Origin: Candidatus Micrarchaeota archaeon
Lineage (GTDB): Archaea; Micrarchaeota; Micrarchaeia; Anstonellales; Bilamarchaeaceae
Direction: 5' to 3'
NCBI GenBank assembly: GCA_043812915.1
Contig: JBDRLQ010000013.1
Location: 1-24,590, forward strand
DNA length: 24,590 bases
Positions 6,620 to 14,950 of this stretch are shown here, in pieces. Both the position numbers and the translations under genes were made by a program. How positions within the stretch are numbered: the stretch's first letter is position 1; each line of letters opens with the position of its first letter. The notes beneath the pieces were generated by a model. The model worked only from the letters and a program-made list of their open reading frames with translations. It did not search any database and had not been told where the DNA came from.

Positions 6620-8542
6620 TCATTTCCGCAGTTCCCGGATTTTATCCCTTAGCGCAATCGCCCTTTCGAACTGCAGCTGCTCGGCCGCGGCCTTCATCTC
6701 CCCCTCAAGAACCGCAATGAAATCCTCCTTCTGCTTCTTGGTCATGCTCTTTGGAATCGTGAATTCCAGCTCCTCCTGCTCATCCTTTGGAATTGGCTTT
6801 GTGATGCCCCTGGGGCTAATCCCATGCTCCCTGTTGAACTCCTCCTGCTTCCTGCGCCTCCTTTTTGTCTCGCGGATTGCTGCCTTCATGGCCTCGGAGA
6901 GGATATCCGCGTACATTATCACCCTGCCGTTGATGTGCCTGGCGGCACGGCCGATGGTCTGGACAAGCGAGGTCTCAGAGCGCAGGAAACCGGTCTTGTC
7001 AGCGTCAAGGATGGCGACAAGCGAAACCTCCGGTATGTCCAGCCCTTCCCGGAGGAGGTTTATCCCGACCAGGCAGTCGAACTTGCCGGCGCGCAGAGCC
7101 CGAATCAGCTGCGTCCTCTCAAGCGTGTCAATGTCCGAGTGCAGGTACCTCACGCGCGCCCCGTGCTCGTGCAGGTAGGATGCCAAATCCTCGGCCATCC
7201 TTTTTGTAAGCGTTGTCACCAGGACCCGCTCATTCTTTTTTGCCCGTGCTTTAACTTCCCCGAGCAAATCTTCCACCTGCCCATCGGTTTTCCGCACTTC
7301 CACTTCAGGGTCGAGGAGGCCTGTCGGCCGGACTATCTGCTCCACAACCTGCTTTGATAAGGAGAGCTCATAGGCTGAAGGCGTTGCTGAAACGAATATG
7401 ACATCATTCATCATCTTTTCGAATTCCTCGAACTTAAGGGGCCGGTTGTCATATGCGCAGGGCAGCCTGAAGCCATTCTCAACTAGGGATTTCTTCCTAG
7501 CATAATCCCCCTTGTACATGGCCCGCAGCTGCGGGATTGTGACATGCGACTCATCAATGAACATAAGGAAGTCCTTGGGGAAGTAATCAAGGAGGCAGAA
7601 CGGCCTGGAGCCTGGCTTGCGGCCATCGAAATGCCTAGAGTAATTCTCAATCCCGGAGCAGTAGCCAAGTTCAGAAATCATCTCAAGATCGTACCTGGTC
7701 CTCTGCTCAAGCCTCTGTTTTTCAAGCAAGTCAAGCTTTGGCGCGTGCTCTTTGAGTTCGGCTTCAATCGTCTCAAGGGCGGAATTCCGCGTCTCATCCG
7801 GAACGACAAAATGCTTTGCAGGAAGCAGGAAATAGCTCTGCGCGCTTGTCTTCTTCCCCTGCAGAACATCGAAGAATTCAATCCGCCCGACCTTTTCATC
7901 CTCAAACAGAACCCGGACCGCCCTGTCGGCAAACGGGGGGAAGACTTCCAGCAAATCCCCGCGCAATCTGAAATTTCCCTTGTTCAGGACAGCGCTGTTC
8001 CTCTCGTACTGCATCCGGATCAATGAATCGAGCAGTTCCTTCCTCTTAAAAGCCGAGCCAATCTTGAAATGCAGCCCAAGGCTCTCGTAGGTCCCAGGGT
8101 TCCCGAGGCCGTATATGCATGAGACCGAGGCGACAATCACGCTGGGCCGCCCTGAGAGGAGGTAGCTTGTCGCCTGCAGCCTGAATTCCTCAAGCTTCTC
8201 GTTCCGGTCCGACTCCTTCTCGATATACGTGTCAGTGCGCGCTATGTAGCTCTCCGGCTGGTAGTAGTCGTAATACGAAACAAAAAAGCCGACATTGTCC
8301 TTTGGGAAGAACTGCTGGAACTCTGCGTAAAGCTGGGCGGCCAGCGTCTTGTTGTGTGAGATTATGAGGGCGCTCCTTCCTGTCCTGGCAATGACATTTG
8401 CCATTGTGAATGTCTTTCCAGAGCCTGTTACCCCCAGGAGGGTCTGCTTTCCGCCCTTTGCCGCAACCTCCGTTAGCTTTTCGATTGCCTGTGGCTGGCC
8501 ACCTGCTGGTTTGTAAGGCGCTTCGAGAGAAAAATCCATCAT
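6620..8542 (-). CDS. uvrB: Excinuclease ABC subunit B
   Basis: GVTGSGKTFT, FVSYYDYYQPESY beta-hairpin, DESH, SAT, QTIGRAAR, C-terminal UVR domain. Start probably ATG 8542 or 8539. Confidence 0.98.
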   Translation of the reverse strand: MMDFSLEAPYKPAGGQPQAIEKLTEVAAKGGKQTLLGVTGSGKTFTMANVIARTGRSALIISHNKTLAAQLYAEFQQFFPKDNVGFFVSYYDYYQPESYIARTDTYIEKESDRNEKLEEFRLQATSYLLSGRPSVIVASVSCIYGLGNPGTYESLGLHFKIGSAFKRKELLDSLIRMQYERNSAVLNKGNFRLRGDLLEVFPPFADRAVRVLFEDEKVGRIEFFDVLQGKKTSAQSYFLLPAKHFVVPDETRNSALETIEAELKEHAPKLDLLEKQRLEQRTRYDLEMISELGYCSGIENYSRHFDGRKPGSRPFCLLDYFPKDFLMFIDESHVTIPQLRAMYKGDYARKKSLVENGFRLPCAYDNRPLKFEEFEKMMNDVIFVSATPSAYELSLSKQVVEQIVRPTGLLDPEVEVRKTDGQVEDLLGEVKARAKKNERVLVTTLTKRMAEDLASYLHEHGARVRYLHSDIDTLERTQLIRALRAGKFDCLVGINLLREGLDIPEVSLVAILDADKTGFLRSETSLVQTIGRAARHINGRVIMYADILSEAMKAAIRETKRRRRKQEEFNREHGISPRGITKPIPKDEQEELEFTIPKSMTKKQKEDFIAVLEGEMKAAAEQLQFERAIALRDKIRELRK

Positions 8543-8587
8543 GCTGATAGTGTACAAAGCCGAATAAAAAATGTGTGCTGGAGGCTA

Positions 8588-8626
8588 ATAATACACTATA
8601 ATACACTTTTTATAAATATTTATAAA
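8588..8626. promoter_or_regulatory. Divergent promoter: 18-bp palindrome holding two TTTATAAA boxes (8609-8626) next to a perfect tandem (ATAATACACT)x2 (8588-8607)
   Basis: Motifs read directly between uvrB and the divergent ORF. Confidence 0.65.
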
Positions 8627-8648
8627 CAGTTTGGGACAATGTGTTCTT

Positions 8649-9020
8649 ATGAAAAAAATTCAGAGGGCCAAGCTCAGGGAACTTCTTATTCACGCCAAGG
8701 CCGCCAAGAAGGCGGCGGAACGTGATGGCCTTGTGCGGACCAGCCTCTGCCTGGGTTGGTTTGCAAACAAGCGCGTTCTCTCGGAATGGCTAAGGGATGC
8801 GGATCCGAGAGCCCTTATTGCCGATATCCAGGCCTGCCGGGGATGTGCTGCCGATGATTCAAAGGGAAAATCGCCTGGGCCAGAGGGCAGATTTGCCCTG
8901 GTGCTGGGCGCTTTCCGAAGGATATCCCCGACCCTCTCTAGAATCGATGAGCTTTCCAGGGAAGGCGTGGATTACAACCTAAAAGCCATGAAAGAGCTGC
9001 TGCAGGAATCCAGCAACTAA
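8649..9020 (+). CDS. Hypothetical protein (helical, CxxC)
   Basis: ORF fills the gap; ATG 8649 lies about 23 nt after a TATA box; no recognisable family. Confidence 0.55.
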   Translation: MKKIQRAKLRELLIHAKAAKKAAERDGLVRTSLCLGWFANKRVLSEWLRDADPRALIADIQACRGCAADDSKGKSPGPEGRFALVLGAFRRISPTLSRIDELSREGVDYNLKAMKELLQESSN

Positions 9021-9512
9021 TCAATTTCTTATCAGATCCATCCCCGCGGCAATCATGAGGCAGAAGTCATCGAAGTCACCAACAGGTTTATTCACAACTG
9101 CGACTGCGCCAGCTTCCAGTCCCTCTTTTTGCCAGTTGCCATTCCAATCCCCGCTCGCTATAATTACCTTGGCATTACTGTCAATCGCCATTATCCTTCT
9201 GGTTAGCTCCACGCCTTCGATATCGCTTGTTTTCTGGGAAGTTATTACAAGGTCAATCCCGCCTTTCCTGAGTAGCTCAAGGGCCTCAGAACCAGATGAT
9301 GTTCCCACAAAGGATATATTTCCAAGCACACCAAGCCTTCGAATTTGTTTAGCTATTATCTTGGCGAATTGCTCCCTAAAATAGCCGTCCCGTGCAACCA
9401 TCAGGACCTTTCGAAACCCTTCTGCCCTCTCGGAAATTGGAGTGTTCTGGGCTTTCCCACCATCTCCTCCAGTCTCTGTAGCCTTGTTTATCATTTTTCT
9501 CATGGGAATCAC
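9021..9512 (-). CDS. Stand-alone atypical receiver (CheY-like) domain protein
   Basis: KVLMV..., SGSEALELL...IDLVIT, EGVELTRRI, VIIASG, AGAVAVVNKP follow the receiver fold; the phospho-Asp position is Ser. Confidence 0.85.
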   Translation of the reverse strand: MIPMRKMINKATETGGDGGKAQNTPISERAEGFRKVLMVARDGYFREQFAKIIAKQIRRLGVLGNISFVGTSSGSEALELLRKGGIDLVITSQKTSDIEGVELTRRIMAIDSNAKVIIASGDWNGNWQKEGLEAGAVAVVNKPVGDFDDFCLMIAAGMDLIRN

Positions 9513-9610
9513 TAGATAAAAAAATTCTATAGAAAAATTATGCCATAAAATTTAAATGACTACCAATCTTTCTTCTGCCCGTCCCCTCTCTTTATTAACT
9601 GTAATTCCGA

Positions 9611-10372
9611 ATGCACTCCATGCTTGACAACACCTTCATTCATCTTCCTAACTTCGGGCCTAACCGCGAGAGAAAGCTCTGGTATTCTGGAGTGAAAAAC
9701 TGGGACGATTTTCTTGAGAGGTTCGGAGAATCAACTTACCATCAGGGCCAGTGCAGGACTGTTGCCAGTTCCAGGCATGCGCTCAAATCCAATGATGCGC
9801 AATATTTCGCAGAGGCCCTCCCTAGGAACGAGGCATGGAGATGCTTTCCCCATTTTAGCAGGACTGCATACCTCGATATCGAGACTACCGGCCTCTCAGC
9901 CGAGAGCAATGACCTTACCGTCGTTGGCATATATGACGGGGAAAACACAAAGAGCTATATCGACGGCCAGAACCTGGATGAACTCTACAAGGATGTCAAG
10001 AAATTCGACATGGTAGTCACTTTCAACGGCTCATTATTCGATGTCCCATTCCTTAAAAAATCCATGAGAGGAATCGAGATTCCAAAACTCCACGTCGACC
10101 TCAGGTTCGTCCTTTCATCCCTCAATATCCGCGGCGGTCTCAAAAATATCGAGAGGCAGTTCGGGCTGGAGAGGGAGGGTGATTTGAGGGGGCTCACCGG
10201 CTATGATGCGGTCCTTCTCTGGCAGAGGTACAAGAAGCGGAATGACAAGGCCGCGCTGGACAAATTGGTCCGCTATAATGCCGCAGATATATCCAATCTG
10301 AAAATGCTCTTAGACTGGGCATACAAGGAAAAGAGGAAAGAGACCGGTTTTGATAATTACAGGAAAAACTAG
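9611..10372 (+). CDS. YprB-like RNase H-fold exonuclease with N-terminal HhH-like motif
   Basis: AYLDIETTGL, VTFNGSLFDVPFL, HVDL, GGLKNIE, YNAAD catalytic pattern. Confidence 0.88.
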   Translation: MHSMLDNTFIHLPNFGPNRERKLWYSGVKNWDDFLERFGESTYHQGQCRTVASSRHALKSNDAQYFAEALPRNEAWRCFPHFSRTAYLDIETTGLSAESNDLTVVGIYDGENTKSYIDGQNLDELYKDVKKFDMVVTFNGSLFDVPFLKKSMRGIEIPKLHVDLRFVLSSLNIRGGLKNIERQFGLEREGDLRGLTGYDAVLLWQRYKKRNDKAALDKLVRYNAADISNLKMLLDWAYKEKRKETGFDNYRKN

Positions 10373-10486
10373 TCAATGCGTGTTAGTATCAGCCATTCAG
10401 AATCCGTGTTCTCCGTCTTTGCAGAAGTCCAAAACTCAAAACCGAAAAAGAGAAACCTGGGCCCACGTTGGAGAACGACTGGATGT

Positions 10487-11221
10487 TCATCCGTACATGC
10501 TTCCGCCTTCATCCCCAGGGGCTGCCCTTCGCGGAATCTTTGACTGCACCATCCCTTCTTTGAGGCCCTTTGTTTTCTCAACAGCCTCCTGGTCAAGCAT
10601 GGTTGTGCTGATTTTCTTCCCAATCATCTTCGAGAGCACTTTTATGGCATTGGAAGCGGCCTGCGGGTCAACGTAATCCTCAGCAGCCTCTGCAAGAAGC
10701 GTTGTCACCGGATAGTGGTTGAGGGTGCCCTTTGCGAGCAGAATCCCGGTAACCCCTGTGGTCGCGCCCTCCTTAATCGGCTTGGCGGCCTTCATCTTCA
10801 CAAGGTCCTGCAGGGCCTTCCTGTCGCTTGATATTATGTAGACGTCATTCTTACCCTCCTTTGCGGATATCCCGCCCAGGGAGATGATGGCAGATGCGCT
10901 CATCCCCTTTGCAAATTCGAACAGCTTTTCAGCAAGATCCAGCGTTGCGGAATTCGGGATGCTCATCTCAGACAGAATGACTATGATGTTGTGCTTTTTA
11001 GAGAAATGGATGCGGGCTGCGGGGAAGGGAACATAGTCATGAATAGCAGCCAAAGGGGCGAATTCGGGGCTTGAGATATACCCCCCAAACTCCATCTCAA
11101 GGGCCTCGATTATCTGTGAGGCGGCGACGCTTCCCACAAGTCCGGTTCCTGGAAAACCTAAAACAACGAGAGGTTTTTTCATCTTCATTGCTGCTATTTT
11201 GTGGATTTTGACGTCGCTCAT
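10487..11221 (-). CDS. PAC2-family proteasome assembly chaperone homologue (PbaA/PbaB-like)
   Basis: VLGFPGTGLVGSVAA, IISLGG, GVTGILL, DPQAA; C-terminal HbYX motif MYG. Start placed at ATG 11221. Confidence 0.92.
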   Translation of the reverse strand: MSDVKIHKIAAMKMKKPLVVLGFPGTGLVGSVAASQIIEALEMEFGGYISSPEFAPLAAIHDYVPFPAARIHFSKKHNIIVILSEMSIPNSATLDLAEKLFEFAKGMSASAIISLGGISAKEGKNDVYIISSDRKALQDLVKMKAAKPIKEGATTGVTGILLAKGTLNHYPVTTLLAEAAEDYVDPQAASNAIKVLSKMIGKKISTTMLDQEAVEKTKGLKEGMVQSKIPRRAAPGDEGGSMYG

Positions 11222-11235
11222 GCTAGTATCACTTG

Positions 11236-11250
11236 ACAAAAGCTTTTATA
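11236..11250 (+). promoter_or_regulatory. BRE/TATA (ACAAAAGCTTTTATA) for a probably leaderless Sec61beta transcript
   Basis: TTTTATA ends 23 nt before ATG 11274. Confidence 0.5.
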
Positions 11251-11273
11251 CCATTCGCATCAAATTTGCGATT

Positions 11274-11444
11274 ATGTCATTCAAGCAGCAGAGCGTTTCT
11301 ATGCCGACCGGTTCGGCGGGAATCGTTGGGTTCTCATCAGACATGAAAATCAGCGGCGTGGAAATCGAGCCGAAGTTCCTTGTCATCGCGGCCACTCTGA
11401 TAGTGATGGCAGTCAAGATTGCAGATGCCCTTAGCGGCTACTAG
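11274..11444 (+). CDS. secG: Preprotein translocase subunit Sec61beta
   Basis: 56 aa; MPTGSAGIVGF..D....VEIEP followed by a single C-terminal TM helix is the archaeal Sec61beta pattern. Confidence 0.82.
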   Translation: MSFKQQSVSMPTGSAGIVGFSSDMKISGVEIEPKFLVIAATLIVMAVKIADALSGY

Positions 11445-12559
11445 AGATATCCGGACAATTCTTTCCTGATTCGCGCGCCTTCCTTCTCCTTTGTTCGCTG
11501 GTCAGCAAGAACCAGCACTCGCATCCTCTGCCCCTCGGACTCTTTCAGCGAGCTCATTATGGTGGAGAGCCTACCAATCGGGACCAGCCCACCCTCTGTC
11601 TTCACCTGGAACTCGATCGGCTTGAAGAAAGGATGTGGGTAATCAACTATGATCTCATGCCCGAATTTTTCCGTCAGTTCCCCCCCAAGCTTCCTTATGG
11701 CGCTCTCCTTCTTCCCGGTCTTCTGGAACGAACACACCTCCTTGTAGAGCCTGCGCTCAAGCAGGGCGTCCACGTATCTCCGGCCATTCCTGGAGCCCTT
11801 CATGCGCACCATGGCCTCGTCATCACCAAGGGTCGCGAATTCAATGGCCTTCACGCTGCCATCAGAAACCGACTCCTCAATCGCACGGTAGAGCAGCGCG
11901 GTCCCTATCCGCACAGTGTGGTGGAGATACACTGTGGAGAACATCATGAAGCGCGCTATGAGCAGGTACTCCGCGGCTTCCAGCCCTCCCTTCCAGATAC
12001 ACAATTCCCCCTTCTCCATAGAGAGCATGTGCACTATCCTGTCAATATCAATAATGCCATAAGCGACGCCGGTGTTTCTGGCGTCCCTCTTTAGGTAATC
12101 CATCCTGTCCGCCCCAATATCAGAGCTGACAATGCTCCCTTCTTTGGACTCCCCGACCTTTATTATCTCCGAGGGCCTGTAATTCTCTGAGAGCACATCT
12201 GCAATCTCCCCTCCGAGGATTTTCTCTTTCCCGATTTTCTCATGGTCACCTATGTGCTTCTTCAGCACATCCTCCCCTTCATGGGAGAATGCCACATGGC
12301 CAATGTCATGCAGCAGGGCGTAGAGCTTCAGCTTCTTCAAAGCCTCAGAATCGAGCCCAAGCCTCCTCCCAATCGTCTCGGAGAGGTGCGCAGTCCCAAG
12401 GGAATGCTCGAACCTGGTATGGTTCGCTCCCGGGTAGACCAGGTTGGTGACCGACATCTGCTTAACCCTCCTCAATCTCTGGAATTCTGGCGTGTCAATA
12501 ATCCGCTCCTCGAATTCGTCAAACCCGATTGTCCCGTAAATCTCATCCTTGATTATCAA
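11441..12559 (-). CDS. HD-superfamily phosphohydrolase (SAMHD1/dNTPase-like)
   Basis: IIDTPEFQRLRRVKQ, YPGANHTRFEHSLG, LLHDIGH, ADRMDY, VYLHH; TTG start. Confidence 0.93.
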   Translation of the reverse strand: MIIKDEIYGTIGFDEFEERIIDTPEFQRLRRVKQMSVTNLVYPGANHTRFEHSLGTAHLSETIGRRLGLDSEALKKLKLYALLHDIGHVAFSHEGEDVLKKHIGDHEKIGKEKILGGEIADVLSENYRPSEIIKVGESKEGSIVSSDIGADRMDYLKRDARNTGVAYGIIDIDRIVHMLSMEKGELCIWKGGLEAAEYLLIARFMMFSTVYLHHTVRIGTALLYRAIEESVSDGSVKAIEFATLGDDEAMVRMKGSRNGRRYVDALLERRLYKEVCSFQKTGKKESAIRKLGGELTEKFGHEIIVDYPHPFFKPIEFQVKTEGGLVPIGRLSTIMSSLKESEGQRMRVLVLADQRTKEKEGARIRKELSGYL

Positions 12560-12571
12560 GAAAATCAGCTC

Positions 12572-13333
12572 CTATACAGCCGCGAACATCCCCTTCTTCT
12601 TCTCGATGATATCGCCGCTCTCAGCCAGCAGGCGCAGCACCGCGGTGCATCCGTCCATCTCAAGCTTTGTCTCTTTTGCCAGGGTCTCAAGGTTCATGTC
12701 CCTATCGAGCTTCTTCAGTATTATCTCTGAAGCCTTTGTGAGGTAGCCCTCAGTCACAACGTAGAATTTGCCATCGAATCCCTTAACCCCCTTGAGCGAG
12801 CCGTTTTTTATCTCCTGATTTGCCCTTTCGGAAAATTCCCTGGCCTCATTCTTGTTGCCTAGCACCATGAAACCCCTGTCCCTGAGCATTCCATATTGTC
12901 CGGCAGGGGCGGATTGCGTGCTTTGGGTCTTATCAGGAGTATTTCCAGCCCCTGAAGGCCTAATCAGCGGGTAAACATCATCCCTTATATTATATACGCC
13001 ATCCTGATACTTCCTCCCCTTGAAGACGTTGACAAACCCCTTCTTCTCAAGGGCCGCCAGCACCTTCTGCTCCTGCTCATTCAGCGCCTTGCTTACATAT
13101 GGGGGAACCCTTTTTTCGAAGCGGATTCTAAGGAGCTTCTGCAGCACCGCAATCTCTTCGGGAGCAAGCCTGATCCCTTTCTTCTGGGGCTCGGCCTTTC
13201 CCCCAAGGGGGATGGAAAGAAGATAATAGCCATCGCGGAGCGCAAAGAGCTCAAGCTCGTCAGCAGAACATAGCTCCTTCGGGAGCTCAAGATAGCGGCT
13301 TTCTCCCCGCTTAAGAATCCGCGCTCTCACCAT
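12572..13333 (-). CDS. Hypothetical DNA-binding protein (AbrB-like N-terminus plus two winged-helix-like segments)
   Basis: MVRARILKRGESRYLELPKEL resembles an AbrB hairpin; VLAALEKKGFV and LETLAKETKL...VLRLLAESGDIIEKKKG resemble wHTH. Domain calls are by eye. Confidence 0.6.
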   Translation of the reverse strand: MVRARILKRGESRYLELPKELCSADELELFALRDGYYLLSIPLGGKAEPQKKGIRLAPEEIAVLQKLLRIRFEKRVPPYVSKALNEQEQKVLAALEKKGFVNVFKGRKYQDGVYNIRDDVYPLIRPSGAGNTPDKTQSTQSAPAGQYGMLRDRGFMVLGNKNEAREFSERANQEIKNGSLKGVKGFDGKFYVVTEGYLTKASEIILKKLDRDMNLETLAKETKLEMDGCTAVLRLLAESGDIIEKKKGMFAAV

Positions 13334-13374
13334 AGGAGAGCTTATCTCAAACCGAATTTAAAAAGATAAAGGGT

Positions 13375-14793
13375 TTAGCTGCTCAGGCCTTTCTGCCTGG
13401 CAGGCTTTGCTGCGCCCGTCGCCCTGGGCATCGGAGGCGGAAGCTTCATTGAAAGGTGCATGTTTCCAGTGCTAATCTGCTGCCGCAGGCTGAGCGCTTT
13501 CTCTGCTATGTCAATCAGGGGTCTTTTCTCCTGGCCGTTCTCATCCCTGATTTTCCTTAGCGTTCTTTCAGTGGTAGCTGCCTTTGAATAAGTGAGCGCC
13601 TCGATTGCAGCCGCACTTGCGTTTGGCCTTCCCTCAACCGCGGTCTTGAGCAGAGCCGCAATCGCTGAAGTATCCATGCTGTCGGCTGTGCGCACCGGAA
13701 TCTTCCAGGCCGCCTCTTTCATCTTCCCTTCCCTCTTGACAAAAGAGCCAAGCATCTTCACTGCCACCATCTCGTCGTCCTCCCCCATCGAAGCAGTCAG
13801 AAGAGCGACCGAGGTCTGATAGATAGTTTTCACAAGGCCGGCGCCTTCAACATCCAGCGTAAGCTTCTGCTTCGGTTTCCTCTCAACAATTGCATCCGGG
13901 CCTGAAATCTCTATGACTTCAGGCTCTTCATACCCCCCCTCCACTTTGCTCTGGACAATGTCCAATGAGATTTTTGCCGCCTCCTGGGCCTTATTATCAA
14001 TAGATTCTTCTATGACGTACCGAAGCGCATCTTCCACTTCCTTTCCTTCGAAGAGCCCAAGCGCCTCGCAGGCAACCGCCATGCCCGGAGCTTCCCATAC
14101 TTTTGCTGCGTTGGTTGTGACAAGCTTGGCCAGGCTCTTCTTTGCCATCTCTACAAATATCCGCTGGTTATGCTCATTCAGGCCGACGTTCTTCCTATCA
14201 AGGATGTCAACAGTCATGCCAGCCACACGCAGAATCGCAATCACAGCGCCCTGCTCAATATCCTGGTTTCCGCTGCTTGTGTGGGTTGCCACTGTCCCAA
14301 GTGCTATGAATGTGGTTTCAACCTCTTTGTCATTCAGTTTGGAAGCTGCTCCGAAGTATATTCCTGCCATCCGGCCAAGCCTTTCTGTATCCCTCTCCGC
14401 CATAAGAGGCCCGATGGCATTCAGCAGTGCGTTCACAGTCCAGGCATTCCTGCTCTCTTCCCCTGGCTGGCTGCCGATAATCTCGGCGCTTTTTTTGGTC
14501 GCCGCTTCCATCTCTGCCCCCCGTTCAATCTCAAATAGGATCTTGTCAACCCCGTTCATCCGGAGCCTCATGAGCTGGTCCACCGCCGTGAGCTCCCCAT
14601 CATTGAGCCCCTGCATGATTTCATCCACAGACATTCTGGGCGGGGCGCTGTTCAGTGCTTTCACAAGGGCAGAGCTGAGCCTGTTTCTGTCCTTCTGGCT
14701 GATTGCCTCAGAGCCCAGGAAGTCGAGCGCGTCGCTTTCCGCGCGCAAATCGCCTTTTTCCAGCATCTCAATCGTTTTTTCGAGTGTATTCAT
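13375..14793 (-). CDS. Hypothetical alpha-solenoid (HEAT-like) protein with Pro/basic C-terminal tail
   Basis: 472-aa Ala/Leu/Glu-rich ORF; ACEALGLFEGKEVEDALRYVI and AAAIEALT resemble HEAT repeats. Confidence 0.65.
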   Translation of the reverse strand: MNTLEKTIEMLEKGDLRAESDALDFLGSEAISQKDRNRLSSALVKALNSAPPRMSVDEIMQGLNDGELTAVDQLMRLRMNGVDKILFEIERGAEMEAATKKSAEIIGSQPGEESRNAWTVNALLNAIGPLMAERDTERLGRMAGIYFGAASKLNDKEVETTFIALGTVATHTSSGNQDIEQGAVIAILRVAGMTVDILDRKNVGLNEHNQRIFVEMAKKSLAKLVTTNAAKVWEAPGMAVACEALGLFEGKEVEDALRYVIEESIDNKAQEAAKISLDIVQSKVEGGYEEPEVIEISGPDAIVERKPKQKLTLDVEGAGLVKTIYQTSVALLTASMGEDDEMVAVKMLGSFVKREGKMKEAAWKIPVRTADSMDTSAIAALLKTAVEGRPNASAAAIEALTYSKAATTERTLRKIRDENGQEKRPLIDIAEKALSLRQQISTGNMHLSMKLPPPMPRATGAAKPARQKGLSS

Positions 14794-14950
14794 TTGGTAT
14801 CTCTACCTCTAATTACAGGTGTTTCTGTGTTACATATAATGGATTTTGATGTATTTAAAGCTATCGTTTTTGTGCGGGTCTGGCCACTTGGGAAAAACCC
14901 TGCGCAGACGGCTTTTTAAGCCGTTCCAAATCAATATTCTACGTGGTAAC

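Noticed and set aside
9525..9534. Palindrome TTCTATAGAA upstream of the receiver gene
   Set aside because: Short, in AT-rich DNA and seen once; not distinguishable from chance.
10373..10486. Possible ncRNA or small ORF in the 114-bp gap between convergent genes
   Set aside because: Only a 7-bp distant inverted repeat (GTTCTCC/GGAGAAC); the minus-strand T-tracts are adequately explained as a terminator region.
11430..11458. Convergent Sec61beta and HD proteins both end in LSGY and share a CTAG stop overlap
   Set aside because: Codons differ and there is no DNA-level inverted repeat; treated as coincidence.
13913..14812. 299-aa plus-strand ORF and other long antisense ORFs (e.g. 4784-5452, 23466-24041)
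   Set aside because: Shadow frames of well-supported genes, Ser-rich and with no motifs.
14846..14950. 35-aa N-terminal extension of PurB in the ORF track
   Set aside because: Overlaps the divergent promoter region with TATA-like boxes; PurB-like sequence begins at ATG 14951.
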